Assembly (NCBI GenBank): GCA_964459525.1
Contig: CAYWNI010000001.1
Coordinates: forward strand, 1 to 32,815
From: an uncultured Lentimicrobiaceae bacterium
Lineage (GTDB): Bacteria; Bacteroidota; Bacteroidia; Bacteroidales; F082
Length of the DNA: 32,815 bases
Reading direction: 5' to 3'
Shown: positions 1-7,491 of the stretch, one piece after another
Numbering within the stretch: position 1 is the stretch's first letter
Layout: every line of letters starts with the position of its first letter
Notes under the pieces: model-generated
Told to the model about the DNA's origin: nothing
Database searches by the model: none
Seen by the model: the letters and a program-made list of their open reading frames with translations, nothing else
Made by a program: the position numbers and the translations under genes

Positions 1-45
1 GCTGTGCTCATTGCTGATTTCAGCAGCAGATAACTTGATAAAATC

Positions 46-1434
46 ATGGGTGCGGTGGACGTTTTGGGCCAAACGGGTGAAACATACATAGTTGGAAACG
101 ACTTTTATTTTCGCACTAATTCTCGGTTCTCCGCTAAATCAACGACGTTGTCGCAAAAGGTGGAAACCATGGCTACTGAAAAAGTTTTTGCAGGAAATTC
201 TGGTACTGAAGTAATCATTGACTATCGGGGAAAAGAAGTGTTGAGCAGCTACGAACGTCTTAACATCAATGGTCTGAATTGGGCAGTAATCACCGAAATT
301 GATGAGGGAGAAATTATGGCACCAAAGCAACGACTTATTAATACCATTCTTATTGTTTGTGGAATAATTGTCGTGATTATGGTTCCAGCTACTCTCTTTA
401 TAGGTTCATCACTTGCCAAACCCATCAATAAAGAGGTGGAATTTGCTAAGAAACTCGCTAACGGTGAACTGGATGCAACCATAGATATACATCAGGGTGA
501 TGAAATAGGAGTGCTTGCCGATGCCTTGCGTAAGATCGCACAAACTACCCGAGAGGTAATTATCAGCGTGATGGATGCCACCAGCAATCTGGCTGATGCA
601 AGTAACCAGTTGAGTAGCTCATCTCAAATTTTATCATCAGGAGCATCCGAGCAAGCCTCTTCCATTCAAGAAGTTTCAGCCTCCATGGAGCAAATGTCGT
701 CAAACATTCAACAAAATGCCGACAATGCCAATCAAACTGAGGAATTGTCCAATTCGGTGAGTATACAGGTGCGGGAGGGAAGTAAAATTATCCTGACTAC
801 CGTGAGTTCAATGGAGCAAATTGCTGGAAAAATTTCAATCATCAGTGACATTGCTTTTCAAACCAATATTCTGGCCTTGAATGCTTCGGTGGAAGCTGCC
901 CGTGCCGGCGAGTATGGTCGTGGATTTGGTGTAGTGGCCTCCGAAGTAGGTAAATTGGCCGACAAAACCAAGATGGCTGCAGCAGCCATCAATACCATAA
1001 GCAACGAAAGTGCTGAGGTGGCAGGAAAAACAAAAGAAATCATGGCGAAACTGGTGCCCAGCATTCAGAGTTCTTCGTTGTTGGTACAGGAAATTTCTGC
1101 TGCCAGCAAGGAACAACGTGATGCTGCCAACCAAATAAACAATGCCATTCAAATATTGAACGATGTGAGTCAGCAAAATGCTGCTGCTGCTGAAGAAATG
1201 GCCACCAATTCGGAGGAGTTGTCGAGCCAGGCCGAACAATTGGTCAGTGTAATTTCCCATTTTAAAATAGCCGGTCATAGCGCCCGAAAAGCCAAAGAAT
1301 ACAATAGCACCAGAAAACTTATTGCCGAGAGAAAGACTTCAGGATTTAAAAGCAATGTTAAGAATTATTCAAAAGGTGTGGATATTGATTTGAGCGCACC
1401 TGATGACCTAGATGATGAGTTTGAACGTTTTTAA
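46..1434 (+). CDS. methyl-accepting chemotaxis protein (distal part of a Cache-like sensor, one TM, HAMP, MA signalling domain); frame is interrupted upstream by TAA at 31-33, so it may be a pseudogene or truncated
   Basis: ORF track. MA hairpin tip [42 protein letters not shown]-like [43 protein letters not shown]. Single [25 protein letters not shown] preceded by the Cache-like motif [21 protein letters not shown]. Frame 1 from nt 1 reads AVLIADFSSR[14 protein letters not shown]. Confidence 0.85.
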   Translation: MGAVDVLGQTGETYIVGNDFYFRTNSRFSAKSTTLSQKVETMATEKVFAGNSGTEVIIDYRGKEVLSSYERLNINGLNWAVITEIDEGEIMAPKQRLINTILIVCGIIVVIMVPATLFIGSSLAKPINKEVEFAKKLANGELDATIDIHQGDEIGVLADALRKIAQTTREVIISVMDATSNLADASNQLSSSSQILSSGASEQASSIQEVSASMEQMSSNIQQNADNANQTEELSNSVSIQVREGSKIILTTVSSMEQIAGKISIISDIAFQTNILALNASVEAARAGEYGRGFGVVASEVGKLADKTKMAAAAINTISNESAEVAGKTKEIMAKLVPSIQSSSLLVQEISAASKEQRDAANQINNAIQILNDVSQQNAAAAEEMATNSEELSSQAEQLVSVISHFKIAGHSARKAKEYNSTRKLIAERKTSGFKSNVKNYSKGVDIDLSAPDDLDDEFERF

Positions 1435-1445
1435 GATAACATTCA

Positions 1446-2294
1446 ATGAATAACGAACGGTTGTATGGTGATTTTACGGATAGGGACTTTAAGCGATTGA
1501 GTGCCTTTATCTATCAGCACTTTGGGATTAACTTATATCCTGCTAAAAAGGTGTTGGTGAAGTCGCGTATCCATCGCCGATTGACAGCTTTGGGCATGCA
1601 TTCTTACGAGGAGTATTGCGATTATGTTTTGAATGAGGATAGTGACGGACAGGAAGTGATGGAGATGATTGACCGCATTACAACCAACAAAACTGAGTTT
1701 TTCAGAGAGTCCGACCATTTTGATTTCCTTACCACTACCTATCTACCGACTTTCTTCAAGTCATCTGGAAGACGTAACTTAAATATTTGGTGCGCAGGTT
1801 GTTCCAGTGGTGAAGAGCCATACACGCTGGCCATGGTGCTTAGTGAGTTTCAGTCGAAAAATCCCGGATTCAGTTTTGGTATTGTGGCATCGGATATCTC
1901 TACCTCCATGTTGAAAACAGCCTCTAGAGCCGTTTATGACATGAAACTTCTCCAACAAATTCCGGCGATGTACCGAACCAAATATGTGCTGAAAAATAAA
2001 AATCCTGAAAAAAAGCTCATACGCATGATGCCCTCCATCCGGAACAAGGTCAAGTTTTTGCGGCACAATTTGCTCGAAGGTCGATTGTCGGTTGGTACCA
2101 ATTTTGATGTGGTGTTCTGTAGAAATACGCTTATTTATTTCGATCGAAAAACACAAGAATCGGTTATCGGAATGCTTTTTCAACATCTAAGTCCTGAGGG
2201 TTATCTGTTTCTCGGACATTCAGAATCTCTTGTTAATATGAATTTTAAAACCCGGCACATCGCTTCCGCCATTTATCAAAAATCAAACAACTAA
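1446..2294 (+). CDS. cheR: chemotaxis protein methyltransferase CheR
   Basis: N-terminal CheR helical domain (FKRLSAFIYQHFGINLYPAKKVLVKSRIHRRL) and SAM-MTase core (NIWCAGCSSGEEPYTLAM, DVVFCRNTLIYFD). Lies 11 nt after the MCP stop. Confidence 0.9.
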   Translation: MNNERLYGDFTDRDFKRLSAFIYQHFGINLYPAKKVLVKSRIHRRLTALGMHSYEEYCDYVLNEDSDGQEVMEMIDRITTNKTEFFRESDHFDFLTTTYLPTFFKSSGRRNLNIWCAGCSSGEEPYTLAMVLSEFQSKNPGFSFGIVASDISTSMLKTASRAVYDMKLLQQIPAMYRTKYVLKNKNPEKKLIRMMPSIRNKVKFLRHNLLEGRLSVGTNFDVVFCRNTLIYFDRKTQESVIGMLFQHLSPEGYLFLGHSESLVNMNFKTRHIASAIYQKSNN

Positions 2295-2305
2295 ATGCCA
2301 TTGCC

Positions 2306-3121
2306 ATGAACGAACTGGAAGTATTAAAGAAAGAATTGGATCAACTTTATGCCACCAATACTCAGCTTAATAATAAATTGAAATTGGCTGAGTCGCTAAA
2401 AAGTAATTTCATTAGCAATATTATGAATGAGGTGTATAACCCATTCAGTGCCATTAAAATGATGGCCGACAATCTTGTGCATCTCACCGAAAAAAACTTG
2501 AATAGCGTGATTCCTATGGCCCAAACCATCTATCGCGAAGCTGCCCAGCTCGATTTTCATTTGAAAAACGTTTTTACTGCTGCTAAAATCGAGGCGGGGC
2601 TCGAAACGGTTCGTGGTTCTGAAGTGGAGATCATTCCGCTGGTGGACGAGGCATTGGCATGTTTTAAAATTGCTATTCAAGATAAAAAACTTCAGACAAT
2701 ACATCATGTTGTTGACCGATCTACTAAAGCTTTTTTGAGCGACAAAGACAAAATATTATTGGTATTGGTCAATTTGTTGAGCAACTCCATTAAAAACAGC
2801 CCTGACGGGGGTGTTATAACTTTGGAGATTGGCATGACAGATGAGTGTCTAACCATGAGCGTTGTCGATGAAGGTCCCGGCATCCCTAAATCGGAAATCG
2901 ATTTTGTTTTCGATCGGTTCAGGCGGGTGAGCAATACAATCAATTCAGTCAATGGTGGAACAGGGCTTGGTTTGTCAGTGGTAAAAGCCGTTGTCGAATT
3001 GCTTGGTGGAGAATTGGAGTTGGCTGGCGAATCAGGTACTCAGTTGACTATTTCAATTCATGGAAACGTAGATTTTGTCGTAGAAGATGATGAACTTTTC
3101 CCTGAGGATGAACTTTTTTAG
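2306..3121 (+). CDS. soluble histidine-kinase-like protein (coiled coil + DHp-like + HATPase_c) lacking the canonical phospho-acceptor His
   Basis: N box LVNLLSNSIKNS, G1 DEGPGIP, F box FDRFRRV and G2 GGTGLGLSVVKAVV are present. The H-box position reads FISNIMNEVYNPF, versus FLANMSHEIRTPM in the neighbouring hybrid kinase. Confidence 0.8.
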   Translation: MNELEVLKKELDQLYATNTQLNNKLKLAESLKSNFISNIMNEVYNPFSAIKMMADNLVHLTEKNLNSVIPMAQTIYREAAQLDFHLKNVFTAAKIEAGLETVRGSEVEIIPLVDEALACFKIAIQDKKLQTIHHVVDRSTKAFLSDKDKILLVLVNLLSNSIKNSPDGGVITLEIGMTDECLTMSVVDEGPGIPKSEIDFVFDRFRRVSNTINSVNGGTGLGLSVVKAVVELLGGELELAGESGTQLTISIHGNVDFVVEDDELFPEDELF

Positions 3122-3129
3122 TCAATAAA

Positions 3130-3597
3130 ATGAACTCTTCCACCTTTTACTTGTTGCCTGGTGCCATTAAATGTTCAAAATCTCCGTTGGAGATCACGAC
3201 TATACTGGGTTCATGTGTGTCGGTGTGCCTTTGGGACGCTGAACTGAAATTGGGAGGGATGAATCATTTTATGATGCCTTTGTGGAATGGCGACGGACTG
3301 GCATCGCCAAAATATGGAAATATTGCTATTGAGAAGTTGATTAATAGCATGTTGTACTTGGGTTCGCGACGCGAAAACATGGTGGCAAAGGTTTTTGGCG
3401 GGGGCGCAGTACTTAAATCGTGCGATGGTATATTTAATATTGGTGAAAGAAATATTCGGGTGCAGGAAGAATTGCTCAAACAGGAAGGCATTCGGGTGGT
3501 GGCTGCCAGCTTGGGCGGCAAGTTTGGACGAAAATTGATATTCAACACCCACACCGGACTGGTAAAAATGAAGTATGTAAGCAAAACACAGGAATGA
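3130..3597 (+). CDS. cheD: chemoreceptor glutamine deamidase CheD
   Basis: Typical CheD motifs ILGSCVSVCLWD and GGMNHFMMP, about 155 aa, inside the che operon. Confidence 0.85.
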   Translation: MNSSTFYLLPGAIKCSKSPLEITTILGSCVSVCLWDAELKLGGMNHFMMPLWNGDGLASPKYGNIAIEKLINSMLYLGSRRENMVAKVFGGGAVLKSCDGIFNIGERNIRVQEELLKQEGIRVVAASLGGKFGRKLIFNTHTGLVKMKYVSKTQE

Positions 3598-4658
3598 TGA
3601 TAGAAAAACAAAAAATAAAGGTGTTGGTTGTGGATGATTCTGCCCTGATTAGGCAAACATTAACAAAAGTGTTGTCGTCGTTGCCCGGTATCGAGGTTAT
3701 AGCCACAGCTTCAGATCCGTACATTGCCGTTCAAAAACTAAAGTCAGAAAAGCCGGATGTTATTACCCTGGACATTCAAATGCCTCGTATGGACGGACTT
3801 ACATTTTTAAGGAAAATCATGACACAGCATCCCATTCCCGTGGTGGTGATTTCGAGTTTGACCAAGAAAGAAAGCCAAATAGCCTTGGATGCCTACAACT
3901 ACGGTGCCATTTGTGTTATGGAAAAACCTGCCATGAGTAACGAACTGCTTCATGAACAATGGAAACATGACCTTCACGATGCCGTTGTGGCTGCCGCCAA
4001 TTCTCGATTTTCGAACAAATTGATTAAGTCGTTTACTCCTGCCAAAACATTCAGGCAAGAAGTGGCAAATGAACGTCCTATAAGCCAAACCTGTAATTCT
4101 ATGATTCTGATCGGCTCTTCAGCAGGGGGGACAGAGGTTATTTTAAGCATATTATCGCAATTGCCCCCTGATACAGCTCCCATACTCATCGTGCAGCATA
4201 TGCCCGAAATTTTCACTACCTCCTACGCTCAACGCTTGAACGAATACAGTTTGCAGGAAGTGAAAGAGGCCGAAGCCGGAGATATTATCCGGAATGGGCA
4301 AGTATTATTGGCTCCCGGCGACCATCACATGGAAATAAAAAACAATGGTTTTCAGTATTTTGTGGATTTAAATCAAAAGGAAAAAGTAAACCGTCACCGA
4401 CCTTCCGTTGAAACCCTTTTTAAGTCGGCTATACCATTGAGCGGTATTCATATCATGGCTATAATACTATCAGGAATGGGTAACGACGGAGCCGCAGCCA
4501 TGTTGGAGCTAAAGAAAACTGGAGCTTGTACCATTGCCCAAAGTGAGGAGTCTTCTATCGTATACGGAATGCCGAAAGAAGCCTTGCGTTTGGGTGCTGC
4601 TGATTATTCATTATCTGCAAAGGAAATCGTAGATAAAATCAAAAGTTTTTCTACTTGA
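3594..4658 (+). CDS. cheB: protein-glutamate methylesterase/deamidase CheB (REC + methylesterase)
   Basis: REC domain (VLVVDDSALIR ... ITLDIQMPRMDGL). Esterase triad contexts GSSAGGTEV, VQHMPEIFT and GMGNDGA. ATGA overlap with the cheD stop. Confidence 0.9.
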   Translation: MMIEKQKIKVLVVDDSALIRQTLTKVLSSLPGIEVIATASDPYIAVQKLKSEKPDVITLDIQMPRMDGLTFLRKIMTQHPIPVVVISSLTKKESQIALDAYNYGAICVMEKPAMSNELLHEQWKHDLHDAVVAAANSRFSNKLIKSFTPAKTFRQEVANERPISQTCNSMILIGSSAGGTEVILSILSQLPPDTAPILIVQHMPEIFTTSYAQRLNEYSLQEVKEAEAGDIIRNGQVLLAPGDHHMEIKNNGFQYFVDLNQKEKVNRHRPSVETLFKSAIPLSGIHIMAIILSGMGNDGAAAMLELKKTGACTIAQSEESSIVYGMPKEALRLGAADYSLSAKEIVDKIKSFST

Positions 4659-4710
4659 ATTAATGAAAATAATAGACTATTTTTGAACCATTGGACAAAG
4701 AATCACCAAC

Positions 4711-6279
4711 ATGAAGACTGATAATAAACCACGCATATTGATTGTTGACGATATTAAGTCGAGTTTGCTAAGTATGAAGTCAACGCTTAATGAAAGTGAA
4801 GACTATCAGATAGCTACTGCTGATAACGGACTGGCAGCTATAAAGCGAGCGCAAGCCCAAAAACTTGATTTGATATTGTTGGATGTGGTGATGCCCGATA
4901 TTTCCGGATTCGAAGTTTGTCGAAAACTGAAAGAAATTCCTTCTACACGCGACATTCCTGTGATATTTTTAACTTCTAAAAATGACCCGGAAAGCATAAT
5001 TGAAGGATTCAAATGTGGTGCGGTTGACTACGTTCACAAGCCTTTTGTAAAGGAGGAATTGTTGGCTCGTGCACGGGTGCACATCGAATTGAATCGCCTA
5101 ACTAAGCAATTGACCGAAGCCAAAGAAAAAGCAGAGCTGGCTACCAATGCCAAGTCATTGTTTCTGGCCAATATGTCACACGAAATCCGGACACCTATGA
5201 ATGGTGTTATTGGCATGGTGGAAGCGTTAAAAAGTACTCAGCTTACTGAAGACCAAATGGAATATCTGAATATTATTGATATTTCCAGCGAGAACCTGTT
5301 GGGTGTGGTGAATGATATCCTAGACTTTTCAAAGGTGGAGGCAGGTCAAATTGAATTGGAGAGGATTACGTTTAACCTCCGAAAAATTATTGGCGATGTA
5401 GTAAAAATGCTTAAGTTCAAATCAGACCAACAGGATCTCTTCCTTAGGTTTAACGTCCACGATGAAGTGCCGGCATATGTCATTGGTGACCCGACACGGA
5501 TCAAACAAATATTGATTAACCTAGTCAATAATGCCATCAAATTTACAGCCACAGGCGGTATTGCTATCGAAGTTATTAAGTTGGAAGCCGATGAGAAATT
5601 AGTGAAATTGGGATTTAGGGTAACTGACACGGGCATTGGAATTACCGATGAAGTAAAAGGGAACTTGTTTAAGTCATTTAACCAAGCCGACGCCTCCACC
5701 ACCCGCAAATATGGCGGTACCGGACTTGGTTTGGCCATCTCTAAGAGCCTTACCAAAATGATGAATGGCGAAATTGGCGTTGAAAGTGTTCCTGATCAGG
5801 GGTCAACTTTCTGGTTTAATATTTTCCTTGGCAGGGCATCTGACATTGATGAAGCCGCCGATAGAAATGAGCAACGAGCTGGTAAGGGGCTTAAAAACCT
5901 AAAACTTCTGTTGGCTGAAGACAATGTCATTAATCAACGGGTGGCACGCTTCATTATTGAAAAACTAGGACACAAACTCGATATTGCCGAAAACGGTAAG
6001 GTAGCTGTGGAGAATTTCCAAAAAAAAGAATATGATATCATCTTTATGGACGTTCAAATGCCTGTAATGGACGGATTAACAGCTACTATAGCCATCCGAA
6101 AATTGGAGCAAGAAAGGAACGTAACCAGAAAAACCCCCATCGTTGCAATGACCGCCAACACCATGAAAGGCGATAAGGAAAAGTTCCTGAAGGCAGGCAT
6201 GAACGACTATATAGGAAAACCATTCAAATCGGAGGAACTATCACGTATTATCTGTAGAATAGTTTCGTCTTCGGAATAA
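4711..6279 (+). CDS. hybrid sensor histidine kinase/response regulator (REC-coiled coil-HisKA-HATPase_c-REC), no TM or sensor domain
   Basis: N-terminal REC (ILIVDD ... LLDVVMPDISGF). H box FLANMSHEIRTPMNGVIG, N box LINLVNNAIKFT, G boxes DTGIGI and GGTGLGLAISK. C-terminal REC (LLLAEDNVINQ ... IFMDVQMPVMDG). Confidence 0.9.
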   Translation: MKTDNKPRILIVDDIKSSLLSMKSTLNESEDYQIATADNGLAAIKRAQAQKLDLILLDVVMPDISGFEVCRKLKEIPSTRDIPVIFLTSKNDPESIIEGFKCGAVDYVHKPFVKEELLARARVHIELNRLTKQLTEAKEKAELATNAKSLFLANMSHEIRTPMNGVIGMVEALKSTQLTEDQMEYLNIIDISSENLLGVVNDILDFSKVEAGQIELERITFNLRKIIGDVVKMLKFKSDQQDLFLRFNVHDEVPAYVIGDPTRIKQILINLVNNAIKFTATGGIAIEVIKLEADEKLVKLGFRVTDTGIGITDEVKGNLFKSFNQADASTTRKYGGTGLGLAISKSLTKMMNGEIGVESVPDQGSTFWFNIFLGRASDIDEAADRNEQRAGKGLKNLKLLLAEDNVINQRVARFIIEKLGHKLDIAENGKVAVENFQKKEYDIIFMDVQMPVMDGLTATIAIRKLEQERNVTRKTPIVAMTANTMKGDKEKFLKAGMNDYIGKPFKSEELSRIICRIVSSSE

Positions 6280-6496
6280 TAGGTTGCGTGGTGCTGCTAT
6301 ACAGCGGTAGGTAATGACACCTTTGTTAATATTTGTGGCTGCTAAGCATTGCATCTAAGAAAACCCCTATAATTCTTATGCCTATTCTCCCTCCAATTCA
6401 CTCAAACTTCGGAAAGAACTATCCGTGGCTTTTGTAGGCTAGCGCAAATGTGGCATAATTCACTTAAAAGAAAAGTGGATGAACCTAAAACTATCG

Positions 6497-6504
6497 TATA
6501 TTTG
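6497..6504 (+). promoter_or_regulatory. putative Bacteroidota -7 promoter box TATATTTG (TAnnTTTG)
   Basis: Perfect match to the TAnnTTTG consensus, about 20 nt upstream of ATG 6526. Identical in repeat copy B. Confidence 0.45.
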
Positions 6505-6525
6505 ACAACTGCATATCACAATAAC

Positions 6526-6654
6526 ATGAATAAAACCACGACCCCTCAATTTTCAAATTCTTTGAATAAGAACCACTTGTCCGCAATTATGGTTGTGTCC
6601 AAAGTGGAAATAAACGGCATAGGTGCTCAGTTAGCAATTGGTTGTACAACATAA
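6526..6654 (+). CDS. small ORF A, 42 aa (MNKTTTPQFSNSLNKNHLSAIMVVSKVEINGIGAQLAIGCTT), paralogue of 7306-7437
   Basis: Below the ORF-track size cut-off. Conserved length, frame and residues with copy B, including synonymous codon differences. Promoter-like box upstream. Confidence 0.4.
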   Translation: MNKTTTPQFSNSLNKNHLSAIMVVSKVEINGIGAQLAIGCTT

Positions 6655-6665
6655 AAATAAAAGAC

Positions 6666-7040
6666 ATGAGTTATTCAATTAAAATTGACCATGAAAAAAA
6701 GTACATTCATTATTCACATGATGGTATAATCAAACGAAAAGAAATAGGCGATGTATGGATAGAACTATCAAATATAAAAGAATTTTCAACAGGGAAATAT
6801 AACTTATTATCGGACTACAGAAATGGAATTTTTAATTTTAGTGTTAAAGATATTAATGTAATAGAAGAATTTTTAAAATCGAAAAAGGAAATGTTGGAAG
6901 GTAAAAAAAATTCGGTAATTGTAGATAACCCCGCAGATACGGTAATTGGGTTCTTATTTGAAAACAACATGTCAAAAGAAATAAACTTTCATGTTAAAAC
7001 ATTCTCCACTTTAAATGCAGCAATTAGTTTTTTAAGTTAA
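6666..7040 (+). CDS. hypothetical small protein, possibly a SpoIIAA/STAS-like fold
   Basis: ORF 6642-7040; ATG 6666 (MSYSIKIDHEKKYIHY...) preferred because it clears the small ORF A stop. The overall pattern (short N-terminal strand, LSDYRNG.F, C-terminal FSTLNAAISFL) resembles SpoIIAA-like/STAS-type proteins. This is weak, motif-level recognition only. Confidence 0.55.
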   Translation: MSYSIKIDHEKKYIHYSHDGIIKRKEIGDVWIELSNIKEFSTGKYNLLSDYRNGIFNFSVKDINVIEEFLKSKKEMLEGKKNSVIVDNPADTVIGFLFENNMSKEINFHVKTFSTLNAAISFLS

Positions 7041-7276
7041 AGCTCCAAATCATCGGTGTTTGCAACGCGGATGCCGATAACAACACCACTGGCGAAGCAT
7101 TTTTCGGTCATTTCGTTGACGTCACCAAAATGATAAACTTGTCCGCGTTTGCAAAGCTAAGGCCGAATGAACACTTTCAAAACCCTAACTTCGGCAGAAA
7201 TAATTGCGGTTTTATAGGCATACACCAATGTGGTAATAATCACTTAAGTGAAAAGCAGATGAACCTAAAACTATCG

Positions 7277-7284
7277 TATATTTG
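7277..7284 (+). promoter_or_regulatory. putative -7 promoter box TATATTTG
   Basis: Identical to 6497-6504; about 20 nt upstream of ATG 7306. Confidence 0.45.
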
Positions 7285-7305
7285 ACAACTGCTAATTACA
7301 ATAAC

Positions 7306-7437
7306 ATGAATAAAACCACGACCCCTCAATTTTCAAATTCTTTGAATGGCTATTTCTTGAGCATCCATGCGGTTGTGGGCAAATCGGAGATAAATGGCAT
7401 AGGGGTGCAGTTAGCAATGAGTTGTAAGGCATGGTGA
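7306..7437 (+). CDS. small ORF B, 43 aa (MNKTTTPQFSNSLNGYFLSIHAVVGKSEINGIGVQLAMSCKAW), paralogue of 6526-6654
   Basis: Hand translation. The first 14 codons are identical to copy A. The remainder aligns without gaps, sharing LS, VV, K, EINGIG, QLA and C. Confidence 0.4.
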   Translation: MNKTTTPQFSNSLNGYFLSIHAVVGKSEINGIGVQLAMSCKAW

Positions 7438-7471
7438 GTTCACATCAAGTTTTATGTAATTATAAAAATAG

Positions 7472-7479
7472 TAACTTTG
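7472..7479 (+). promoter_or_regulatory. putative -7 promoter box TAACTTTG for the toxin-antitoxin pair
   Basis: TAnnTTTG match 12 nt upstream of ATG 7492. Confidence 0.4.
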
Positions 7480-7491
7480 TAAAAAAAGATC

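Larger units (their letters stand above)
6405..6654 (+). repeat. direct repeat copy A (~250 bp; promoter-like box + small ORF)
   Basis: Aligns by eye with 7187-7437. The core 6481-6567 vs 7261-7347 differs at 3 of 87 positions; the flanks are clearly more diverged. Confidence 0.85.
7187..7437 (+). repeat. direct repeat copy B (~250 bp; promoter-like box + small ORF)
   Basis: See copy A; offset about 780 bp. Confidence 0.85.

Noticed and set aside
835-1278. Antisense ORFs inside well-supported genes (for example 835-1278, 1779-2186, 5346-5756, 12871-13299, 18282-18746, 19981-20415, 21283-21702, 25053-25541, 32460-32774)
   Set aside because: Each lies fully within, and opposite to, a gene with strong family motifs. 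Their translations are low-complexity with no recognisable motifs. They are typical shadow ORFs.
6448-6654. The 68-aa version of small ORF A starting at ATG 6448
   Set aside because: In repeat copy B the equivalent ATG (7228) is followed after one codon by TAA, so the extension is not conserved. The shorter ORF from ATG 6526, downstream of the TATATTTG box, is conserved in both copies.
7040-7160. Minus-strand peptide fragments with shared IGIRV(A/T)N(T/A)D(D/E) (also at 10000-10147), possibly decayed gene ends
   Set aside because: They have no start codons and are bounded by stops. The plus strand of the same segments gives equally conserved pseudo-peptides, because the copies are simply similar at nucleotide level. 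Treated as a nucleotide repeat.
6526-7437. Interpreting the paired small ORFs as RiPP/bacteriocin precursors (EINGIG resembles a double-glycine leader end)
   Set aside because: No maturation enzyme, C39-peptidase ABC exporter or immunity gene is nearby. The motif is G-I-G rather than GG, and the putative core would be only about 9 residues. Kept only as a remote possibility within the small-ORF finding.
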